Origin: Mytilus trossulus
Taxonomy: Eukaryota
DNA length: 64,000 nucleotides
Reading direction: 5' to 3'
Assembly (NCBI RefSeq): GCF_036588685.1
Contig: NC_086377.1
Location: 58,838,001-58,902,000, forward strand
Part shown: positions 25,060-37,674 of the stretch, piece by piece
How the letters are laid out: every line of letters begins with the position of its first letter
How positions within the stretch are numbered: position 1 is the first letter of the stretch
Notes under the pieces: generated by a model
Databases searched by the model: none
What the model was told of the DNA's origin: nothing
Seen by the model: the letters and a program-made list of their open reading frames with translations, nothing else
Position numbers and translations under genes: made by a program

Positions 25060-26336
25060 GTAAATATAATTTCAAATATTGTCATTCCAATATGTATATA
25101 TTTGACAAAAGAGGGACGAGCGAAACCACAGGGACCGTTAAACTCATAAATCGAAAATAAACTGACAACGCCAAGGTTAAAAATGTAAAAGACTAACAGA
25201 CAAACAATAGTACACAACATAGAAAAATAAAAATTAAGCAACACAAGCTCCAACAAAAACTATAGGTGATTTCAGGTGCTCTGGAATGGTAAGCAGATCC
25301 TGAATCACATGTGGCATTTGACAATGTATACTTGAAATTATGTATGTTATGCAATTATGCCTATTACCAAACTATCCGCAGATTTACGCATTTTGTGTTA
25401 ATACAAGTTCATGTTGATGAACTTGATTGGAAGATAATTAACTGCAAGTTATTATCTACTAAAAGTTTCTGTAGAACATAATACAAATTTTGGTGCATAT
25501 AGTAAAACAGGAACTGCGTCTCATTCCATATAACTTTTATTCAGACCGCTTTTTGTTGCAAAATTATAAGTTTCTTATGAACAATGATGTAGACTTTTTG
25601 TCGTTTTACTTTTTTGACGATTGTTGAGCTGTACATGTACAGACTGTGTCCCTTGTCCTTTTATAACCATCTAACTGTGTGTTGATTTGCATGACGGGTG
25701 AAGCTTATATAAGATTTCGTCATACCACAGTTTTTATTTATTTGTTTCCCTTGATATTTTATTTTTTTGTATTTGATTTGTGTTATCAAAACGAGAAACT
25801 ATTGATTCATGGTGGCTATTTTTGGCTACCAGTTTTTAAAAGTGGAAGAAGCTGGAGTGTCGCAAGAGAACCACAGACCTTTGGTAAACATACGAAAAAT
25901 CATAGTCAATAAAGAATGTAGTCGAATGCACCTTACAAGAGAATGACTCAAAATCACAACATTAGTGTTGTCGGGAAAGTGATAGAAAAATTTGACTACT
26001 TGGACATCGAAGACCATCCTAATTAAGGGTTATAATTTAGCTCCTTGGTATCATATCAACCTTCGTATATGACTGATAAAAGATATAATCAAAGTAATTG
26101 AATTATTATTCTTCAAATTATTAACTATTTTCTGTTCTCGTTTGAATCAAAACAATATTTACATGTATTAGATTATTAAAAATATTTCGAGTTTATGTCA
26201 TTTATGAAGTAAAAAATGTTATAGTTGTTCTAAACATTTATGTATTTAAAAAAAGAAAGATGTTAAATTAATAGTATTGTTAATAGAATTATAACACAAT
26301 TAATAGGCTTCATGTTTTTTTTCATTACCAACATAG

Positions 26337-29300
26337 ATTTGATGATTGATAAAGTAGAAACATGGAAAAGGGATGACAGTCTTTATATCGAAACTAGAGC
26401 GTCTAATTATGTTTTAAACTGTGTCAATAAACACTCATGTGTAAGTGTAATAGGACCGTCCGGTTGTGGGAAAACGGCTCTTGTTCGACATGTTTCTCTC
26501 CAAATGGAACAAAATGGATACACTATATTAACTGTGATCGACGCGAGAGATATAACAGATAAGTATAAATCTGGCAGAAAAACATTGTACATTGTTGATG
26601 ACATATGTGGAAATTTTACTGCCAACCAAACTCGGTTAGAAGAATGGAAAAAATCAATGGTTGACTTAAGGAGTATTTTAGAATTTGGTAATTGTAAGTT
26701 GATTTTAACTTGCAGACTTCAAGTTTTTCAAGATAAGGGGTTTGAAAATTTAGATATTTTCAAAACATGTGAATGTAACTTAATTTCTAAAGATTTAGCT
26801 TTAACAATTATTGAAAAAGAGACCATGACAGCACAGTACTTTGGGGAACATGCTTCAGAAGGATTGAAACACTTAGGGGAATATGATTTTCTCCCCCTTT
26901 TATGTAAATTTTATTATGTAGAGAAAGACAATCCACAATTTAAACTAGACATGTTTTTCAATGATCCTTTTTCCTTTTACAAATATGATTTGACTCATAT
27001 GTACAACGATTGTAAAGAAGGTAAGTACAAATACTGCGCTCTACTATTGTTAGTTATCTTCAACAACGGGTTAAAAGAGAAGAACATTACAGGTAAGGAT
27101 CCTAAAGTTTTGGAGATTATAGAAGATCTCATAGAGGTATGCGACATAGAGGAAAATATTACAGGTAGAAAACTAAAGAACCAGATTGACATTCTGATAG
27201 GAACATTTGTGACTTATGATGAAGGCACATACCAAACAATCCATGACAAGCTGTTTGATTTCCTAGCTTTTTTTTTTGGAACGCAACATCAAATTATAAA
27301 CATATTGATAAAACATGCCGAAGACAGATTTATTCGTGAGCGATTTGTTTTTAAAGATTACAATGAAAGTACACATTATTCTATACCTATTTCTGATTTC
27401 AAATTGCAATTAATGTACATGAAAAGAGTATTTGACGATATTATAGGTTCAAGTAAAGTGAATACAAACATAGTAGAAAATGAAAATTTTAAAAATGTAA
27501 AATTCCGCACTATGATACTTGATTTCATGAAAAATCTTTCCAAACATGAAATAACTATCATCATGAAGAAAGCAAACACTAATTTTCTCAATACCATGTT
27601 TGTCCTGAGACAGAATGATATACAAGACAGAGGTAAAGATATGTCTTATGAATATAAATGTTTTGGTATCATTTTACCCGATGATATGATACAGCAATAC
27701 ATTGAGAAATGGTTTGATGCTTTGACAATAACTATTTCCACAGAGGCATTTTTGGGGGAGAACAGGCTTGTCAAATGTGGGAAATTTCAAACCGCCTTGA
27801 ATTCCTACATAAGACAAATAAACGTCGCTTCTATCATTCAGACTGGAAGTTCAGATTTCCTCAATACAATGTTTGTCATAACAGAAAATGGTTCTCAAGA
27901 TATGACTCAGAAACAAAATGCACGTTTTGGTATTGATATTCCAGAGGATTTGTTACAGCACTACATTGCCAGATGGTTTGACGATTTGACAAAACATGTC
28001 GGGAGGATGATAGTAAGGAGAAATCATGGTATGAGTTACTTGCATTCAGGTAAGCATAAAACATTGATGCTTGACGAATTCATGAACAAGAATAGACCAT
28101 TGACGAATCCTACATTTCGTATTGCCCTACGCACTTACATGAGGCAGCTAACTACAGTCAAAATTGCGTCACTCATTCATACCGCAGAGGACGCTTTCCT
28201 TAATACAATGTTTGTCATGACAGAGAATGACATTAACGACAAAGCTGAGAGCCGATATGAATGGTTCGGTATTGTTATTCCTGATGAAATTTTACAACAA
28301 TACATTGAAAAATATTTTCATCGCCTGACAAACGAATATAGCGTGGTGACAGATATACATAAAAATAGAGCATTGAGAAATATAAAAGTTCACACTGCCT
28401 TACGAACGCACATGAAACAACTTACAAGAGAGGAAATCGCTTTACTTATTCAGAATTCCGTGCATATATTTTTCAATATAATGTTTGTTATGACAGAGAA
28501 GGATATACAAAATAGTGAACAAAGCCAATTTGCATGTTTTGGTATTGTTATTCCGGATGATCTGTTACAGCAATACATTCAAAGGTGGTTTGATGAGTTG
28601 ACCAAAACGCATACAGTAGAGGCTGCCATAAGTCAAAATAGACCATTGGTTAGTGACAAATTTCTAAGTTCTGTACGTACTCACTTGAGACAACTTACCA
28701 TAGAAAACATCGCTTTAATCATTCAAACTACAAAGGCAGATTTTATTGATAAATTGTTTGTGATGACCGAAGCGGATAACCGAGACAACGCTGCAAACCG
28801 ATATGAATGTTTTGGAATTGTCATTCCAGATGAACTGTTACAGCCATATATTGAGAAGTGGTTTAATTATTTAATCAAAACGTTTTTTGTAGTGTCAGCA
28901 ATATCTAAAAATAGACCACTAAGTAATGTTAAATTTCGCAGGGCTGTGCGTACACACATGAAGCAACTAACCACAAAAAGCATCGCTTCAATCATTCAGA
29001 CATCATATGAGGATTTTATCAATACAATGTTTGTCATGTCAGATGAGGACATCAAAGACAACGCTGAGAACCAACATGAATGTTTTGGTATCATTATTCC
29101 TAATGATCTATTACAGCAATACATTCAGCGATGGTTTAATGTGTTGAAAAAAACACAGTGTGTAGCAACTGCCATAGAGAAAAGTAGACCAATGATGAAT
29201 GTTACATTTCGCAGAGCTGTATGTTCCTATATGACACTACTAACCACAGAAAACATCGTTTCGATCATCGAAAATACAAACGAGGATTTTATTAATAAAA

Positions 29301-32300
29301 TGTTTGTTATGACAGAGGATAACATCAAAGACGACGCTGAAAACAAATACCAATGTTGTGGTATTGTAATTCCTGATGATTTGGTACATCAATACATTGA
29401 GAGGTGGTTTTATGATTTGACCAAATCGCAGTTTGTAGAGACCACCATAGTAAAGAATAGACCGTTAAGTAATGTTAAATTTCGTAATGATGTACGTACC
29501 TTCATGAGCCAACTTGCCACAGAAAACATCGCTTCAATCATTCAGAATACACATGAGGATTTCCTGAATTTAATGTTTGTCATGGCAGAGGATGACATCA
29601 AAGAAAACGATGAGAATCGATATAACTGCTTTGGTATTGTTATTCCTGTTGATAGGATACAGCAATACATCCAGAGGTGGTTCAATTATTTGACCAACAC
29701 GGATTCGGTAGAGGACATGATAGATCGAAATAGACCATTGTTGAACGTTACGTTTCGTTGTGCTTTACGTGACCACATAAGACAACTTACCACTGAAAAC
29801 ATCGCTTCAATCATTCAGAATACACATGAGGATTTCCTGAATCTAATGTTTGTCATGACAGAGGATGACATCAAGGACAACGCTGATAATCGATATGAAT
29901 GGTTTGGCATTGTTATTCCTGATGATCTTTTACATCAATATGTGCAAAGGTGGTTTGAAGTAACGAAGGAAACAAGTGTATTAAAAAAGACCATAGAAGA
30001 TGGAAGGTCTGTTACATATTATACCACAAGCAATGGATTGGAAATATTATTAAATAGAAGTAGACCATGGCAAAATTTTAAATTTCGTAGTGCCCTACGA
30101 ACTTATTTGAACCAGTTAAGCATAGAAACAGTCACTTTTCTTATTGAGCGTAGAGATGATTTTTTTGTCAATATAATGTTTGTCATGACAGAAGATGAAA
30201 TAAAAGACAACTCTAAGAATCGATGGGAACAAGTTGGTATCGTTATTCCCGAAGACCTACTACAAATATACATTGGTAATTGGTTTGAACGTTTGATTCA
30301 AACCAGTGAGTTCAACAGATTCATAGACCGAAACAGACCTTTAAAGAATTTTGCTTTCCGTACTGCCTTGGGAAAATTTATGAGACAAATAAACTCAGAC
30401 AAAATCGCTTTAATCATTAGGAATGCAAAGGATAATTTTATCAATAATATGTTTGTCATGACAGAAGAGGAAATACAAGAAAACTCTGCTGATCGATATT
30501 ACTGTTTTGGTATTGTTATTCCTGATAATCTGTTAGATGACTATATCAAAAGATGGGTTAATTCCTTACTCAGAACCAATGTACTAGAAAAATTCATAGA
30601 TCAAAGTAGACCACTGAAAAATGAAACATTTCGGAAAGCGTTAAGTAACTTCTTGAGACAACTAAGCGCAAAAAACATTGTTTCAATAATTACGAATGCA
30701 AAAGATAATTTTGTCAATCAGATGTTTGTTATGGCAGAGGAGGACATCAGAGACAACGAAAAGAACCAGTATAAAAATTTTGGAATTGTAATTCCCGATG
30801 ACATGTTACAACAATACATTGAGAGGTGGTTTGATGATTTGACAAAATCGAAGTGTGTGGAGGCCACCTTGAATAAGAATAGATCATTGACAAATGTTAA
30901 TTTTCGTAACGCTGTTCGTTCACACATGTGTCAGATAACTGAAGATAACGTCGCTTCAATCATTCAAACTACAACAGTTACTGCTGATTTTGTCAATGTA
31001 ATGTTTATTCTGACAGACGAGGAGATAAAGGAGAACTCTGAGAACCGATATGAATGTTATGGTATTATCATTCCTGAAGGTTTGTTACAGGATTATATTC
31101 AGAGGTGGTTTGGTGATTTAACCAAAGCGCATTCGGTAGTGGACGTGATTGATAAAAATAGACCATTAGTAAATGATACTTTTCGTAGTGCTATACGAGC
31201 CCACATGAGACAACTAACTACAGAATATATCGCTTCAATCATTCAGACAACAAATGAGAATTTCCTGAATTCAATGTTTGTAATGGCAGAGGATGACATC
31301 AAAGAAAACGCTAAACACGGACATGTTTGTTTTGGCATTGTAATTCCAGATGACCTATTACAGCAGTACATCGAGAAGTGGTTTAATGATTTAACGAAGA
31401 CCAAATCGGTGAAGGAATTTATGGATAATTGTAGGCCTTTAAACAACGGACTATTCCGTACAAGTTTGCGTAGCTACACAAAAGAACTAAACATAACAGA
31501 AATCAGTTCACTCATTCAGACTGGAAGTAGTGATTTCCTTAACACGCTTTTTGTCATGACAGAGGATGACATAAAAGAAAACACTGAAAATCAAATCGAT
31601 TGTTTCGGTATAGTAGTTCATGATGATATTTTACAGCAATACATCGAGAGATGGCTTCTTCATTTGTCTGAGAGATCTGAGACAAACAGGTACATAAATG
31701 AAAATAGACTTTTAATTAATGTTACCTTTTTTACTGGATTGCAAACTTTCATAAGACACTTAAACACAGGACAGATCACCTTTTTCATTCAGACAGGAAG
31801 CAATGATTTTCTTAATAGAATGTTTGTTATGACAGAGGGGGATATTAAAGGCAACAGTAAGAATCGATATGAATGTTTTGGTATCGTGATTCCTGATGAT
31901 GTATTTCTATTACAGCAATATATTGCGAGATGGTTTCATAGCGTGACTGAATCCAATTCGGTGACAGAATATATGAAGGTTAATCGGCCTCTGTTGAATG
32001 GTACTTTCCGGACTGCGTTGTGTAGCCACATGAGACAACTAGACAATGAAGTAATTAGAACCCTTATTCAGACCGGGACTAGTGACTTCCTCAATACAAT
32101 GTTTGTCCTGTCAGAGAATGACATAGCCATTGACAATGGTGAATATCGGGTTGAATGTTTTGGTATTGTTATTCCTGATGAGATGTTACAGCAATACATG
32201 GATAGATGGTTGGATTGCATGACAAAGGCTGACTCCGTGATAGAATTCGTAGGTGTTAATAGGTCTTCTATGGGAGTTATATTGCAAGCCGAATGGGAAG

Positions 32301-32332
32301 CATATATGAGCCAGATGGATTCAGACAAATAA
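26337..32332 (+). CDS. Gene B exon 9: nSTAND3-type P-loop NTPase followed by 17 x 91-aa tandem repeats
   Basis: catag|ATTTG; uninterrupted ORF; Walker A GPSGCGKT (26453-26476), Walker B LYIVDDICG, sensor LILTCR, PLLC, HDKLFDFL; MFV anchors 273 nt apart (28208, 28481, 29027). The nine exons sum to 7506 nt = 2501 aa + stop. Confidence 0.93.
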
Positions 32333-32342
32333 TCTCTGCGTC

Positions 32343-32835
32343 TCTGGAGCTGGCATGTCAGTTAACTGCTAGTAGTCTGTTGTTATTTATGTATTATTGT
32401 CATTTTGTTTATTTTCTTTGGTTACATCTTCTGACATCAGACTCGGACTTCTCTTGAACTGAATTTTAATGTGCGTATTATTATGCGTTTATTTTTCTAC
32501 ATTGTTTAGAGGTATAGGGGGAGGGTTGAGATCTCACAAACATGTTTAACCCCGCCGCATTTTTGCGCCTGTCCTAAGTCAGGAGCCTCTGGCCTTTGTT
32601 AGTCTTGTATTATTTTTATATTAGTTTCTTGTGTACAATTTGGAAATTAGTATGGCGTTCATTGTCACTGAACTAGTATGTATTTGTTTAGGGGCCAGCT
32701 GAAGGACGCCTCCGGGTGCGGGAATTTCTCGCTACATTGAAGAACTGTTGGTGACCTTCTGCTGTTGTTGTTTTTTTTATTTTGGTCGGGTTGTTGTCTC
32801 TTTGACACATTCCCCATTTGCATTCTCAATTTTAT
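32343..32835 (+). mobile_element. 3' end of the Penelope-like element, inserted ~10 nt after the gene B stop codon
   Basis: Reverse complement of 52905-53392; absent after the gene C stop; shorter copies at ~795-917 and ~4630-4757. Confidence 0.85.
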
Positions 32836-33899
32836 AATACATGGGGTAGTGGTATTGATTTTTCTTAATAAGACGACAAATAAATATTTAAGTTAGTGTT
32901 TATCTATGCTTCAGGAGTACCTGATATCATCCAAAGTTTTTGATTGGGATTGTGTTTCTCAGACTTAAGTTTTCTTTGTTGTGTTTTGTAAACTGTTGTT
33001 TGCCTGTTGTTTGACATTTTAAACGAAGCATATCGGGAATTGGTGGCTTAATGTACAAATTATGAACGGAATTAATATATGTGTATTAATATTGATAGAA
33101 TATTAAACATATGCAACTAAGTATGGATGAAAAACTAAATGAGATACAGATTTGTGGATATGGATGGTATATAAAACATAGTTTACAAAGTATGGATGGA
33201 ATATGAAAGTCATATAGGTATGATGATATTGATGGTATACAAAAAAGGCAACAGTAGTATATTGCTGTTCGAACATATTCTACAATGTAGGAATTGAAAA
33301 ATGCAAGTTATATATGTATTTTGTTACTTATTGCATAACATGCATATTTTTTCAAAGTAAGACAAAATGAAAGTAGTAAATGAAAGATTCAGGTAAGATG
33401 ATACTGATTGCATATAAAACGTATTCTACAAAGTATGTATGGAAAAATAAAAGTCATATAGGTATGATGAAATTGATAGGAGATAAGACATATTACGTAT
33501 AGTACGGATAGAAAAGTCATATATTTATTTTGATATTCATTTGATATGAAACATATTCTACCAATTATTTCTATGGACGGAAAGAGATGAAAGTGTATAT
33601 ATTTATAATATCATCATTAATAGTTAATAACAGTTTATGTTAAGAGATACAATGTTGAATGTCAAGAGGTCATAATTAAGTTCAGTTACGGTCGCACTGT
33701 CAAGGAAGGTAAGTTCCATATTGTGAATATTAACAGCAAGAATATATACCATGTGCGTCGTTCTAAAACAATGGAAATGGTGAAAAAAAGAAAACGGAAA
33801 CATTTATTCCCTACTCCACAGTATTTTAATAACTAACCGCTGATATAATTATACAATTTAACATGTTTTTTCTTGTCAAAAATTAAAAGAAAAAAATTG

Positions 33900-34645
33900 T
33901 AAGGGTTCCTTGGAACCCAGTGTCTCGCCTACACTTTCTGTTAATCGCAGGCTCAACAAAAATGACAAATCAATAGAATATTCCTGTTGATACTATCTTT
34001 TGATTGCAGGAATGCTTAAATCTAAGTTTGGTAAAAATCCAGGAAACTTTATGAATATAATTAATATCTAAAAACTTTAACTGCAGACTGAATTTTATGT
34101 TAACTGGAAGCTTTTGATCATAAACAAGCTTCTGTACAAGTTTGGTACGAATCCAAAATAATATGAGAGAGTAATTTTAAAATTTTAGAAAGTTTAAACA
34201 CAGAGTGAATGTGTTGTTTCCATATCAAAGTAAAATATGAAAAAATAGATTTACTGTTTTATAAAATTTACTTCTGGTTACTATCTTATGGTCATAAACA
34301 AGCTTCAGTCCAAGTTAAGTGCCAACCCATGATAGTTTAAGAAAGTCATAGAGTGAATATCATGTTTCTCGGTAGAAAAACTAAGTCCATTTATGAATAA
34401 ATACGGAAAAAATAGAATTTTATTTAAAAACAAATTCCTTCTGGATACTTTCTTATGATTATAAACAATTTTTCTGTCAACATTTGGTAGAAATCCAGGA
34501 TAGTTTAAGAAAATTATTAAAATTTCAAAAACTTTAACCACAGAGTCAATATTTGTGGACGCCGCCGCCGACGACACTGACGCCGACGACGGAATGTAGG
34601 ATCGCTTAGTCTCGCTTTTTCGACCAAAGTCGAAGGCTCGACAAA
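33900..34645 (-). mobile_element. Helentron-associated (HINE-like) non-autonomous element
   Basis: Terminal hairpin gggttccttggaaccc, internal degenerate tandem units, (gac/gcc)n microsatellite and subterminal ttcgac..gtcgaa inverted repeat, A-tract ends. Confidence 0.6.
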
Positions 34646-37600
34646 AAAGATACTAAATGTTATTTGAATTTTATTCATTTGGGCCAGATTGACGTTCAGA
34701 CGATAAACACTTCCAAATTGTTTGGCTTCCAGTTTATTATTTCATTGTTTATTGTCTTTTTATTGTTTATTGTTTTTTATTGTTATATTTGTATAGGATG
34801 TATGTTTTTGTAGAACAGAAATTGCAGTTATTTTACATTTATTATCAAATATGGATTTATTTTGCATTAATATCTTTAACTTAGACTTCATCTATAGGAC
34901 AGCTTGAAAAATGTATGGAAAAAGACTTTTACTTTTTATTTTTTTAATAAAGAATATACCTTGTTATCAACTTATTTGTTTGAGCAATATGCGTTTGTTT
35001 TTGTATCTTATTTATAAGAAAAAAACTTTTACTTTTTATTTTTTTATAAAGAAGATTATGAAAATATATGTACATGTCAATAGTTATGTATTTGGTAAAC
35101 AAAATTAAAAGATTTCTTTGTTTATCAACAATTCATACATTTGTTTTTACATAATCTTATAACTTTATAGCATCACTTAAAACGGAAATTGCTCTTTAAT
35201 ACCTTGTTATCAGAATATTTGTTTGAGCAATATGCGTTTGTTTTTGTATCTTATTATTCATATGTTTTATTTTTATAGATTCGTAGCGTAAATATTGATT
35301 TAGTTTGTTTTTGATTTCTTTATTTTATTGACATTTTTTTTCATTTTTTTTGTCTTTATGATATCTGTGCTAAAATCAAAGTTAGTGTAAGTATTTTTTA
35401 CACAAATCATCTGCATGTATTGATGATTATGACTATAACCCTCCGTTGTTGTTTTTTAAATCCTTACAAAACTTGCTAAGTTGTATAGTTCTTTGTAAAT
35501 ATGTTTGGTTATGCTTGTTAGTTATACTGATGTTTGTCATGTAACATGGTTGGATTAAAAATATATTTTACACTTCGAATATAGCTGTAGTAATAATTAA
35601 CATTCTTAAAACTATCTATCCTTTAGAAAAAAAATGTCATTTAAATATTTCGTATTTGTAATTTAAAAAAAAAGTTAATTTCACAATCGCGTTTATTTCA
35701 TTTTTCAAACTATTTTTACCATTGGTATTGTAAACCTATATCAATATACTGTACACTCTTTGTAAAACGATTCTATTTTACACTTTAGTCCTTCTGTCAA
35801 TATCTTATAGACATTTTCACCCATTTTTATTGACATTAAGTATCAAAAATACGCTTGAATAAAATAAAATTTCGCCGCGATAATTGTTCTTTGTGCTCAT
35901 GCGGTGTAAATCACTCATCAACCAATCAAAATAAGAGAGTTCATAATATTAAGATGAACACCTGCTTTACGCTCTAAAGATTTCTTCACCCGAGTAGTGG
36001 CACTTCTGTAAGTTCCCAACATGTTTGCTAGACGAGTTGATGTCGTTCTTTGTGGCATTTCTATGTCATTTATAGTAATGAGTTTTGATCGATGTTCATT
36101 TTGTAACTTTTGAAGTAATACTGTATTTTCATCATTTTTCGTTGGATAAAAATGTTTTCCATGGGTACAGGTGAACCGCAAATTTATATGTTCAACTAAA
36201 CACAAATTTCTGTCAACTTGTATGCAGACTTGTCAAAACCACGAAATCACATATCCAAGAAAAGGCAACTGTTCCACAATCTACGAAAATAGGTACCCAT
36301 GGAAATAAATGAATCCACAGTTCATTTGTTATGAGTGTTGTATGAATTCAAGAATATAGATAGGCAGAACAATGATCCATATTTATTTGTACCTTTTTAA
36401 TAAATGTGTTATTTCATTTTTGATTTTATTTCAATCAGATTATATATGAATGCATTATATTTGTAAATATAATTTGAGAATGGATTCATTAATTTTACCT
36501 TTTATATCATTTTTTTGTTTCAATTAACTTTAATGTGAATGCACTTAATTTGTAAATATGATTTGAGAATGGATTTGAATAAATCTGTGATGAAAAAGAA
36601 AAAAGACAACACAATAACATGTGGTCAGCCAATAAGAAAAAAAACCATGTATATTAAGATGAATTGCTTATAAAATTTTGTAACCTGTTTATAATTATTT
36701 GCTTAATAAAAAAGATGAAGATTCATGATATTTTTAAAATTGATTTGGATATGATAGTTTTACGTTGTGGTGGACCGATACGATATCGTCATATTGCATG
36801 ATGTTTGATCTTGGGAGATAATTATATTATCTGTAAATTTATCTCACATTTCAATATGTCTAATTCCCAATTTTGAAATTTGGATTGACAATGATAATAC
36901 ATGTGTATGATTCATGCGTGTATTTCATACGTGTTTCTCGTTTTAATATAGATTAGACCTTTGGATTTTCCCATTTGAATGGTTTTACATTACAAATTTT
37001 GGGGCCTTTCGTAGCTTGCTATTCGATGTGAGCCAAGGCTCCGCGTTGACGGCCTTACATTGACCTATAATGGTTTACTTTTATAAATTGTTATTTGGAG
37101 TGAGAGTTGTCTCATTGGCACTCATACCGCATCTTCCTATATCTATATAGCATAAAACGATTATCCTGACATAACTTACTTACATTAAAAGATATATGTC
37201 TATAAACTCATCATAGATACCAGGAGAATGTCACGATAAAGAAAGAGGCCTGGTGCTCAGAATAGCCGTTAAAGAGGTTTAGTTTTGGACATGCAATTTA
37301 TATTACAGAGAGGGTCAAGAAAATAATGTAGACGAGGGTTTTTATTCGGATATTCGCTATCTTGGAGTTCACTTGTAGGATTGAATTTGATCAGCAGAGT
37401 AAACATGGTAAAGAGTTTTGTAATAGAAAAAATGAAAGTAACAAAAATACTGAACTTTAAAGAAAATAAAACCTTTATCCAAGGGCAACAACAAAAGCTT
37501 CAACACACGACACGAAAGGAAAGAAACTGTAATATTCCTGACTTGGTATAAGCATTTCTTTATGTAGAAAATGGTGAATTAAACCTGATTGCTCATTTTG

Positions 37601-37674
37601 CTCATACTGTTCCGAATAAGCTAACATCAAAATCTCAAGACTAAGCTGGCCAGCTCTACTCACTGAATTTTTTT

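Noticed and set aside
26407-32328. Multiple minus-strand ORFs overlapping the NTPase/repeat exons (also 57128-61632)
   Set aside because: Antisense shadows of the coding strand; no independent motifs or splice support.
27581-32329. Ankyrin, TPR or LRR identity for the repeats
   Set aside because: The period is 91 aa with no TPLH, TPR small-residue or LxxLxL signature and no evident internal 33/34/24-aa periodicity.
32690-32762. Ribozyme or second SECIS at ggggccagctgaaggacgcc...gaccttc
   Set aside because: It can form stems, but I cannot fit a complete hammerhead, HDV-like or SECIS consensus by eye; needs a covariance-model search.
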